A stretch of 14,705 nucleotides of DNA from Candidatus Hermodarchaeota archaeon (GTDB taxonomy: Archaea; Asgardarchaeota; Lokiarchaeia; Sigyniarchaeales; SOKP01), in contig JBHLLP010000063.1 of the NCBI GenBank assembly GCA_048885525.1, positions 1 to 14,705 of the forward strand. The letters run 5' to 3'. The first letter of the stretch is position 1. Each line of letters starts with the position of its first letter. Positions 7,794 to 14,705 of this stretch are shown here, one piece after another. The notes below the pieces were generated by a model. That model did not search any database. It saw nothing but the letters and a program-made list of their open reading frames with translations, and was not told the DNA's origin. Made by a program: the position numbers and the translations under genes.

Positions 7794-8639
7794 TTAATAT
7801 TTCTCCTTTAGATATTTGAATAGAACATCTAAATCTTTTAATCTGTCAATAGGTTTAAAAATAATATCATCTGCCCCTGTTTTTCTTAAAATTTCCTCTT
7901 TTTCTTTTTCGCAGAAAGCAGCGGAAATTAAAATTATTGGAATATAATTAAACTGAGGACTCGATTTAAGCATTTGACAGAAGCGATCTCCATTAATTTT
8001 ACTAGTCTTTAAATTAATATCGAGTAATATAACGCTAGGAGTTAAACTCTTAAGAATATATAAAGCTTCATCAGAAGTTTCTATTGATCTTATATTGACA
8101 TTCTCTGCTTTAAAAAAATAATCAACAGTCTTACGTTCTAACTCATTATCTTCAATATATAGAAGATCAATTTTTCTTACAAATCTTACGATATTCGGTT
8201 CTTCAAAATGGCGCTCCACAGAAATCTCCAACTCTTCTAAAGCGCCTAATGCATCCTGAATGCCATCTTGGAGTTTTTCTTTTTCTTCGATATAATTATT
8301 CAACATTAAGAGAGAAAGTTTAAGTGGCGATAACTTCTGCTTTAATATTTCGTGAAACCCATCACCAAATTCATATTCTTTAATTGCTTTTCTTATTAAA
8401 TCATCAAGTTCACTTTCATCATAATTTTGATGATCTCTATGCGATCTCTTTTTGAACATTTCTTTAAAATAATCAATACAATGATCAACACAATTTCTTA
8501 TGATATTCGCTTGATTAGTTAAATTATATTCTTTCATAAACTCTCTTAATTTAGAGTCAAGATAAGAATCAACATAAGTATACCATTTTACATCTTTCTT
8601 CAATTTACCTGATTTTATTTTTTCATAACCTAAGGTCAT
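7794..8639 (-). CDS. Response regulator: C-terminal REC domain with N-terminal ribbon-helix-helix-like region
   Basis: REC motifs are LLYIEDN (E163/D164), ILLDINL (phosphoacceptor D207), NG, IPIILISA (S239) and FKP (K262). The N-terminal WYTYVDSYLDSKLREFMKEYNLTNQANIIRNCVD has RHH-like strand-helix-helix patterning. The gene overlaps the kinase stop by 4 bp (ATGA). Confidence 0.88.
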   Translation of the reverse strand: MTLGYEKIKSGKLKKDVKWYTYVDSYLDSKLREFMKEYNLTNQANIIRNCVDHCIDYFKEMFKKRSHRDHQNYDESELDDLIRKAIKEYEFGDGFHEILKQKLSPLKLSLLMLNNYIEEKEKLQDGIQDALGALEELEISVERHFEEPNIVRFVRKIDLLYIEDNELERKTVDYFFKAENVNIRSIETSDEALYILKSLTPSVILLDINLKTSKINGDRFCQMLKSSPQFNYIPIILISAAFCEKEKEEILRKTGADDIIFKPIDRLKDLDVLFKYLKEKY

Positions 8640-9397
8640 TGAATATCACCCTTTTTTGCTAATGGAATTAGGATTATGAAATTAGTTCCTTTTGAGGAAT
8701 CTCCTTTTATTCGATCTTCAACCCAAATAGTTCCACCATATAATTCTATTAATTTAGCTACTAATGATAACCCTATACCCATACCTTTAGAATGCCCCTT
8801 TTTTGAATAGTTTTCTTGGAAAATAGTCTTTTTTTGAGTATCATCAATACCTATACCATTGTCTTTGAACTCGATCTTTGCAAAATTCCTCTCTCGAAAA
8901 TCAATAACAGAGATAACAATATCAATTTGAACGACTTTGTTGTTATTGTAATTAATAGAATTTGTTATTATATTTTCAAACAATTCACTCAATAGCTCGT
9001 TTGCCATAAGGAAAAGGGTTTCATAATCTGAGATAACCCTAATCTTAATATCCTTTGTAGGAAAACTAATATTCATAAAATTAATAGTTGTTTTTAATGT
9101 AGAAAAAACTTCTACAGCTGCTAAAGGCATTTCAAATTCTTCCAAATCTGAAAGGTTTCTAACGTTTCTGATTAACTGCTTGCCTCGGTTTAACTGTCGT
9201 ACAATCATCTGAAAATACCCCATAATATCTCCTTTTTTTATCTCTTCTAGGAGTAGGGATTCACAGAGCTCTATAGAATTACTGATTATCTGAAATAAAT
9301 TTGAAATATCATGAATAAATAGCCCTTTAAGGCATTTTGTTCTGTAATAAGCATCCTGATATATATTTTCTACATCTTGCATTATTTTTTTTATCAA
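8636..9397 (-). CDS. Histidine kinase (HisKA + HATPase_c) with no sensor domain
   Basis: H-box FIHDISN (H29), N-box LFENIITNSINYN, G1 FKDNGIGI, F-box IFQ, G2 GMGIGLSLV and G3 GTNFIILIP. The start is uncertain (TTG 9397 or ATG 9382). An in-frame stop lies upstream at 9449-9451. Confidence 0.92.
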   Translation of the reverse strand: MIKKIMQDVENIYQDAYYRTKCLKGLFIHDISNLFQIISNSIELCESLLLEEIKKGDIMGYFQMIVRQLNRGKQLIRNVRNLSDLEEFEMPLAAVEVFSTLKTTINFMNISFPTKDIKIRVISDYETLFLMANELLSELFENIITNSINYNNNKVVQIDIVISVIDFRERNFAKIEFKDNGIGIDDTQKKTIFQENYSKKGHSKGMGIGLSLVAKLIELYGGTIWVEDRIKGDSSKGTNFIILIPLAKKGDIQ

Positions 9398-9531
9398 TAT
9401 TCTAGTTTTTTTTGTTAATTTATAATGAGAAACCAGTTCATTTATAGTCTATGTTCTAGAACTTTTGATGGACTCTTGGACTATTTTTAGAATCTCTACT
9501 TTAAAATTAATTCCGTAAAGAGAAAACTCTT

Positions 9532-9552
9532 AAAAAAAGAAATAGAAAGAAG
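9532..9552 (-). terminator. Pyrimidine/oligo-T terminator downstream of the first TPR gene
   Basis: Minus strand reads CTTCTTTCTATTTCTTTTTTT about 60-80 bp past the stop codon. Confidence 0.4.
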
Positions 9553-9614
9553 ATTAGATTTTGAACTTAATATATTTAATTCATAACTTTAAAATATAGA
9601 AAGATTTTTAATTT

Positions 9615-11567
9615 TTAAATTGTTAGATTAACAGTTTTTTCAATAAATATATCTTTTATTATGGATTTTAAGGATGGAATATCTTTTAATTGAATTTCCT
9701 TATTCAATTTGTAGAATTTTCCAAAAGTTTGCCAAATTAGCTTATTATTCTGTATTTTATCAATAAAATATTTAATTCTTTGTTGAGCAGAATAAGATTG
9801 CCCTTTATATACATAAAACATTAAAAAAGGCGATATCGGATTCATGAGGAGTGTATGTTCACCAAAAGAAGCACGATCAAGACCCTCAGAAAATTTTTCA
9901 TTAATAAAAGAGTTGATTGCCGTAAAAAATCCTCCAAAAAGGTGGTCCTCAAAAGATTTATCCTCTATAAATGATTGGGAGAAATACGGTGTGCCACCCT
10001 CTGATACAATTAATAGAAGAACAGGCTCTTCATCTGGAAATTCTGGAATCTCAATCATACGCTTTTTTACCATATGTTCCATTTGTTCGTTCAAACGAGT
10101 AAGCTTCCAACGTTCAGATAAAGAGGCATCTGATTTTTTTAGGTTCTCCCACATGTTTAAATGTTTAAGTAATTCATCATGTTCATGCGAAATTTTCATT
10201 GCTAATCGTTTTATTCCATAGGATTCAGCAATTTTTTGAGCTTGGGTTAAATAACGTCGTGCTGCTTTAATATCCAAATTTAATAAAGCTAATTTCGCTT
10301 TTAATATGAATGTTTCACAGAATATTAAATATGAATGTGAGTTTTCAGCTATAGTTAATAATTGAGCAATATAACTGTCAATCTCGTCAAGTACTTCAGG
10401 ATTTTTATTTAGATGATATTCCGAAAGAAGTAAATCACAAAGATCGATATATGCCTCAATAGCAACATTAAATCTATATGGCTTTTTTTCGAGAAGCTGT
10501 TTTAATAATTCTTCAGCTTTAGCTATATCTCGGATTCGAGAACTCATTTTCAACATTTTGGCTTCATAGTATTGGTACATTATTTCGAGACCTCTATCTT
10601 TACTTTTTTTATATAAATCTTCTAAACGTTGAAAATATTTTTGAGCACGTTCAGTATCTCCCTTTTCGAGAGCTACAGATATCAAACCGCTAATACAAAA
10701 TTCTATTCGTATAGGATTTTGCTCCCAAATTATTAAAGCTTCCTCCAAATATTTCAAAGCAAGATCATAATTACCGATGGAAATATTTACTGCCCCTATA
10801 TTACTTTTTAGACTAGCTACCCATAATTCATTTTTGATTTTTTCATAGAGTTGTAGACTCTTAATAAAATGTTCTAAACTAAGCGTATATTCACCTAATT
10901 CTGAATAAAATACTCCTAAATTAGTATGACACGAAGCAATCCAATAATGGTTAAATTTTATTTCCTTTGCAATTGATAATGCTTTGTTGGCGTATTCCAA
11001 ACCAAGATCAAATCTACTTTTAGCTGTACACATTATCCCTGACATTTCAAGATGAGCCCAGACAATTGGAAGAGTGTTATTAATTTCATTTTGTATCCCT
11101 ATAACCCATTTATGACACTTCTCTGCTAATTCTATATTACCTTTATTGAAATTTATATTTCCTCTAGCAACTCTTATATAAGCTTTTCTTTGCAGTACTT
11201 CTTTTTGAGAGATTTGAGAAGTGAGTTTCAATAAATCTTCAGCTTTTTGGATCACTTCGAGTGCTTCATCAAATCTATTAAATAAAATTAAACCAAAACA
11301 AATCAAAGATAATCCATCAAATGATTGGAGAGGTGCATTAGATTTTTGACTCTCTTTAAATATTCTCCTTCCCAATTTAAAGACATCCTTGATTTTTCCT
11401 TGATGAATTAGAATATGACCCTTGAGAAATTGATATGAAACTTTTTGCTGAAGGTTAATTCCTTCGCGTTGTATTAAGTCATCCAATAAATCAATAGCTT
11501 CATCAACTTTAAATGCATCATAGAGGTTTTCAACTTCTGATAATTCATTTAGTTCTAGATGAGACAT
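9615..11567 (-). CDS. Tetratricopeptide-repeat protein with C-terminal longin-like domain
   Basis: Multiple long TPR repeats (e.g. NLGVFYSELGEYTLSLEHFIKSLQLY; NIGAVNISIGNYDLALKYLEEAL). The C-terminal ~135 aa (PVLLLIVSEGGTPYFSQSF...LFGGFFTAINSF...LDRASFG...) show beta-beta-alpha-beta-beta-beta-alpha patterning. Confidence 0.85.
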   Translation of the reverse strand: MSHLELNELSEVENLYDAFKVDEAIDLLDDLIQREGINLQQKVSYQFLKGHILIHQGKIKDVFKLGRRIFKESQKSNAPLQSFDGLSLICFGLILFNRFDEALEVIQKAEDLLKLTSQISQKEVLQRKAYIRVARGNINFNKGNIELAEKCHKWVIGIQNEINNTLPIVWAHLEMSGIMCTAKSRFDLGLEYANKALSIAKEIKFNHYWIASCHTNLGVFYSELGEYTLSLEHFIKSLQLYEKIKNELWVASLKSNIGAVNISIGNYDLALKYLEEALIIWEQNPIRIEFCISGLISVALEKGDTERAQKYFQRLEDLYKKSKDRGLEIMYQYYEAKMLKMSSRIRDIAKAEELLKQLLEKKPYRFNVAIEAYIDLCDLLLSEYHLNKNPEVLDEIDSYIAQLLTIAENSHSYLIFCETFILKAKLALLNLDIKAARRYLTQAQKIAESYGIKRLAMKISHEHDELLKHLNMWENLKKSDASLSERWKLTRLNEQMEHMVKKRMIEIPEFPDEEPVLLLIVSEGGTPYFSQSFIEDKSFEDHLFGGFFTAINSFINEKFSEGLDRASFGEHTLLMNPISPFLMFYVYKGQSYSAQQRIKYFIDKIQNNKLIWQTFGKFYKLNKEIQLKDIPSLKSIIKDIFIEKTVNLTI

Positions 11568-11666
11568 TTTTACATTTAAAGTGGATTATAACCTTATTAA
11601 TAAATTAAGCTAATTATAATTTTAAATATAATCTACAGGTTAAGAATATTTGAAATAAAAATTCTG

Positions 11667-11685
11667 AAAAAAAGAAGAAAAAAAA
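11667..11685 (-). terminator. Oligo-T terminator downstream of the LVIVD gene
   Basis: T8-CTTC-T7 on the minus strand. Confidence 0.45.
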
Positions 11686-11704
11686 GTAATTTAATTTGAG
11701 GATT

Positions 11705-11725
11705 ACTTACTTTACTGCTTCAAAA
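11705..11725 (+). repeat. 21-bp direct repeat, copy 1 (copy 2 at 13146-13166)
   Basis: ACTTACTTTACTGCTTCAAAA versus ACTTACTTTACTACTTTAAAA, 19/21 identical. Confidence 0.7.
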
Positions 11726-11786
11726 TGAATATACTATTGCTCATTGAAATCATAAGGAGTGTATATCCTCCAAAATAATTGTCGTT

Positions 11787-11830
11787 GCTCATAAACTACT
11801 TCGACTTGAAGTCTGTAGTTTCCTATGAGT
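11787..11830 (-). mobile_element. Imperfect palindrome resembling an IS200/IS605 (TnpB-type) right-end remnant
   Basis: Nested arms CTCATA/TATGAG, AACTAC/GTAGTT and GACT/AGTC around a 3-nt loop. The minus strand reads GGAAACTACAGACTTCAAGTCGAAGTAGTTTAT, similar to the GGAA...GACTTCAGTC...GTAGTTCAC style of IS605-group right ends. No transposase or tnpB ORF is nearby. Confidence 0.5.
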
Positions 11831-11858
11831 ACGCTCGAACATTTCATATCCATCTGAA

Positions 11859-12983
11859 TTAATTTTTAATGATATAGTGTTTTTTTCTTATCCATATTGT
11901 TATTAATAATATAGTTGCTAACACAAAAAGCATATAAAACAACTCAAAACCCACAATAGTTTCATTTTTGTTATTCTCTTTAATTTTGTCCTTCTCTTCA
12001 ATCTGAATAATTTCTAAACCATGATCTTCATCTGCTAAAAAAACGAGGCCTCCAATGATCTCAACTGAATGTATTCTTCCCCCATCGTGGAATTCAGTTA
12101 ATTTGATGGGGGTGGTTGGATCACTGATATTAATTAGTTCTAGACCATCTGACCAGTCTGCTAGATAAGCAATTTTTAAAGATTCGTTGTAAACTTCAAT
12201 ATCGACATCAACAACATTCCCATCATTGTCAAATTGTCCTATTTTTACAGGATTATAGGGATCGCTTATGTTAATTATTTCCAGTCCATCATTACTATCC
12301 GCCACAAATGCAATATTATCAATCACATCAACAGCAACAGCTTGCCCACCGTCATAAAACTTTCCAATTTCCTCAATATTCGTGGGACTGCTTATATTAA
12401 GTATATACAACCCATCATCAAATTCTGCAACATAAGCTAATTCTCCTTCAATCTGAAGTGAAAAAACTGCGTCGTCACCAATATATGTGTCAATTCTAGT
12501 AGGAGCAGAAAGATTTGTGAGATCTAATATCTCTATACCTGCATAATAATTGGCGAGGTAACCGATATTTCCTCTTTCAACTAATTGGTGGGCATCTGAG
12601 GCATTATAATGACCTAATTTAATGGGCTGGGTTGGATTACTGATATTAAGAATCCACAAACCATTCCGATTACATGAAAGATAGACAATGTCTCCAATAA
12701 TATTTACTCCACGTGCTTCTTGAACAGTAAATTGTCCAATCTTCACAGGATTATAGGGATCTGTAATGTTCACTATCTTTAGTCCATTGTCAAAATCTGC
12801 TATAAAAGCAACATCATCAACAATTTGGATATTTACAAATTGACCCCCATCATTATAAAATCCCAATTTTGTGAGGAACAATTCTTTTTCGTTTCCTTGA
12901 ACATTTACAGCAGTTGTAGTGTAGAAACAGAAACTCATTACTATGAAAATAATGAATATAGCACTCTTATAAGTATATCCCAC
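11859..12983 (-). CDS. Secreted, membrane-anchored LVIVD-repeat (7-blade beta-propeller) protein with PGF/Loki-CTERM-like tail
   Basis: Seven ~42-aa LVIVD repeats (AFVAD...GLEIINISDPxNP). Hydrophobic signal peptide from GTG at 12983, which has an AGGTGA SD 7 nt upstream, so this start is preferred over the ORF-track TTG at 13046 (374 aa). C-terminal IVGF + TM helix + RKK, and many N-x-S/T sequons. Confidence 0.88.
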   Translation of the reverse strand: MGYTYKSAIFIIFIVMSFCFYTTTAVNVQGNEKELFLTKLGFYNDGGQFVNIQIVDDVAFIADFDNGLKIVNITDPYNPVKIGQFTVQEARGVNIIGDIVYLSCNRNGLWILNISNPTQPIKLGHYNASDAHQLVERGNIGYLANYYAGIEILDLTNLSAPTRIDTYIGDDAVFSLQIEGELAYVAEFDDGLYILNISSPTNIEEIGKFYDGGQAVAVDVIDNIAFVADSNDGLEIINISDPYNPVKIGQFDNDGNVVDVDIEVYNESLKIAYLADWSDGLELINISDPTTPIKLTEFHDGGRIHSVEIIGGLVFLADEDHGLEIIQIEEKDKIKENNKNETIVGFELFYMLFVLATILLITIWIRKKHYIIKN

Positions 12984-12990
12984 GTCGATT

Positions 12991-12996
12991 TCACCT
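12991..12996 (-). promoter_or_regulatory. Shine-Dalgarno sequence AGGTGA for the LVIVD gene
   Basis: Minus strand reads AGGTGA-aatcgac-GTG GGA TAT, in frame with the ORF. Confidence 0.7.
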
Positions 12997-13096
12997 AATT
13001 TCTCTATATTAGATAAATTTGAATTTTGGTTATACAATTGTTGCAATACATTTAAACATAAATATAATGTTATAAATTAATTCAGGAAAAGCAAAC

Positions 13097-13124
13097 AAAA
13101 TAAAAAAGAAAGGATAAAAAAAAA
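13097..13124 (-). terminator. Oligo-T terminator downstream of the second TPR gene
   Basis: T9-ATCCTTTC-T6-A-T4 on the minus strand. Confidence 0.45.
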
Positions 13125-13145
13125 TATTAATTTTAAACTATGAAC

Positions 13146-13166
13146 ACTTACTTTACTACTTTAAAA
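13146..13166 (+). repeat. 21-bp direct repeat, copy 2 (copy 1 at 11705-11725)
   Basis: ACTTACTTTACTACTTTAAAA, 19/21 identical to copy 1. Confidence 0.7.
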
Positions 13167-13190
13167 ACCTACTTAATTTTTCATAAATTC

Positions 13191-14705
13191 TTAACTTGTA
13201 AGGTGAATAGTCTTTTCAATAAAAACCTTCTTTATTAAAGGTTTTAGAGCTGGAATATCCTTCAATTGAATCTCTCTGTTAAGTTGATGATATTTTTTAA
13301 AATTATCCCATATATCTTTATTTATTTGTAGTTCATTGATAAATGATTTAATTCGTTGTTGAGCAGAATAGGATTGACCTTTATATATATAACACATTAA
13401 AAAAGGTGATACTGTATTCATAAGAAGGGTATGGTCACCAAAAGAAGCCCGATCAAGCCCTTCAGAGAATTTTTCATTAATAAATGAATTAATAGCAGTA
13501 AAAAATCCTCCAAAAAGATGGTCCTCAAAAGATTTATCTTCTATAAACGATTGCGAAAAAAAAGGGGTTCCCCCTTCTGATACAATTAAAAGAAGAACTG
13601 GTTCCTCATCTGAGAGTTCTGGAGCTTTAATCATTCGTTTTTTTACCATATGCTCCATTTGTTCATTTAAACGTGATAATTTTATACGTTCAGCTAAAGA
13701 TGCTTCTGATTCTTTAAAATTCTCCCATATCTTTAACTGTTTCAATAATTCATCATGCTCATTCGAAATTTTTATAGCTAACAATTCAAGTCCATATTTT
13801 TCAGCTAAACCTTGCGATTTTGCAAAAAGTCTCCGTGCTTTATTCATATTTAATGTAAGTAACGATACTCTCGCTTGTAGCAGATAAGTTTCAGCTAATA
13901 ACCAATAAGATCGCCCGTTTTTGACAATAATAATCAATTGAGACAAATAACTTTGAAATTCATCTAGTATTTGCGGCTCATTCGTCGCATTTAATTCAAA
14001 TAGGAGCAATTCACATAAATCGAGGAGTGAATTGATAACCAGTTCATAACTTGAATCCTCATCTTCAAGTATTTGCTTTAAAATTTCTTGAGCTTTACCC
14101 TTATCAATGATTCGAGGACTGGTCTTTAATATCATTGCTTTGCATTTGAGAATATATAATTTTATTAATTTGGATTTCAATTCAATATTCATTTGTTCTA
14201 ATTGGTTAAGATATTCTTGTGCCCTTTTAAGATCACCCTTTTCAATCAATATATGAATTAAATTTGCGTGAGCAGTAGCAAGCAAGAATAAATTCCCCAA
14301 CTCACGTCTTAATGCTATACATTGTTCTATACACTCTAAAGCACGTTCAAGTTCTCCTTTCGATCTATAAGCGTTTGTTAAATTATTGAGAATAGACGAA
14401 ATAAAAATTTTATTATTAAGTTCCTTAAACAATGTCAAGCTCTGCTGATAAAGCATAATGCAACGATCCAACTCCCCTTTGAACCCGAAATAAACTGCTT
14501 CATGAAAAAGGCTATGTGCGATATGACACTTCATGTTACTTTCTTTGGCAAGAGTTAAAGCACGCTCTAAGTGCTTAAATGCTTGATCTAGTTCGCCCAT
14601 TTGAAACCATAGAATTCCTACAATAAACAAAAGACTTGCAGCAACTTCATATTTATCACCATATTTTTCTCGCAATTCTAGACTCTTTTCAAATTGCTCT
14701 AATGC
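13191..14705 (-). CDS. TPR protein with C-terminal longin-like domain (paralogue of 9615-11567), 5'-truncated by the window edge
   Basis: The frame stays open from the ORF-track TTG (14675) to the window edge (ALEQFEKSLELREKYG...), continuing a TPR repeat. The C-terminal domain is nearly identical to that of the 650-aa paralogue. Confidence 0.87.
   Translation of the reverse strand, partial: ALEQFEKSLELREKYGDKYEVAASLLFIVGILWFQMGELDQAFKHLERALTLAKESNMKCHIAHSLFHEAVYFGFKGELDRCIMLYQQSLTLFKELNNKIFISSILNNLTNAYRSKGELERALECIEQCIALRRELGNLFLLATAHANLIHILIEKGDLKRAQEYLNQLEQMNIELKSKLIKLYILKCKAMILKTSPRIIDKGKAQEILKQILEDEDSSYELVINSLLDLCELLLFELNATNEPQILDEFQSYLSQLIIIVKNGRSYWLLAETYLLQARVSLLTLNMNKARRLFAKSQGLAEKYGLELLAIKISNEHDELLKQLKIWENFKESEASLAERIKLSRLNEQMEHMVKKRMIKAPELSDEEPVLLLIVSEGGTPFFSQSFIEDKSFEDHLFGGFFTAINSFINEKFSEGLDRASFGDHTLLMNTVSPFLMCYIYKGQSYSAQQRIKSFINELQINKDIWDNFKKYHQLNREIQLKDIPALKPLIKKVFIEKTIHLTS

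Noticed and set aside
9496-9506. CTACTTTAAAA as a third copy of the 21-bp repeat
   Set aside because: Only 11 bp, AT-rich and on the other side of the terminator tract; compatible with chance.
9844-10221. 125-aa plus-strand ORF
   Set aside because: Antisense to the conserved TPR-longin C-terminus. The substitutions between paralogues are synonymous in the minus-strand frame, so selection acts there.
11787-11830. 3'-UTR hairpin as a Lokiarchaeal SECIS element
   Set aside because: The upstream gene has no in-frame TGA and ends in TAA. The hairpin lacks a properly placed AUGA/GA quartet and apical AA motif.
12234-12440. 68-aa plus-strand ORF
   Set aside because: Antisense shadow of the LVIVD repeats.
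12984-13046. ORF-track N-terminal extension (TTG at 13046) of the LVIVD protein
   Set aside because: GTG at 12983 has an AGGTGA SD and places the signal peptide at the N-terminus. The extension probably overlaps the promoter/UTR.
9780-13610. Similar 3' regions of the two TPR genes as a diversity-generating retroelement TR/VR pair
   Set aside because: Differences are mostly synonymous and not adenine-specific, both copies are coding, and no reverse transcriptase is present.
1-14705. CRISPR array, tRNA or rRNA genes
   Set aside because: All intergenic gaps are under 300 bp and AT-rich, with no regularly spaced repeats or cloverleaf/T-loop signatures seen by eye.

Overview
This very AT-rich archaeal window most likely comes from an Asgard archaeon (Lokiarchaeia/Promethearchaeota). 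That assignment is inferred from the TPR + longin-like paralogues, the LVIVD protein with a PGF/Loki-CTERM-like tail, the archaeal-type MetRS, an AGGTGA Shine-Dalgarno site and oligo-T terminators. In order, it contains: the 3' end of a C4HC3 RING/PHD-type zinc-finger gene; metG; a convergent 414-aa gene that carries nearly all RtcB RNA-ligase motifs in strongly diverged form; a divergently transcribed hypothetical + P-loop AAA+ ATPase pair; a HEAT-repeat protein; a tandem-flavodoxin Fe-S flavoprotein; a sensor-less histidine kinase coupled to an RHH-like/REC response regulator; and two paralogous TPR proteins with near-identical longin-like C-termini. The two TPR genes flank a 7-repeat LVIVD surface-protein gene, which is bracketed by a 21-bp direct repeat and followed by an IS200/IS605-end-like hairpin. 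The most notable observation is the divergent RtcB-like protein. No rRNA, tRNA or CRISPR array was seen.
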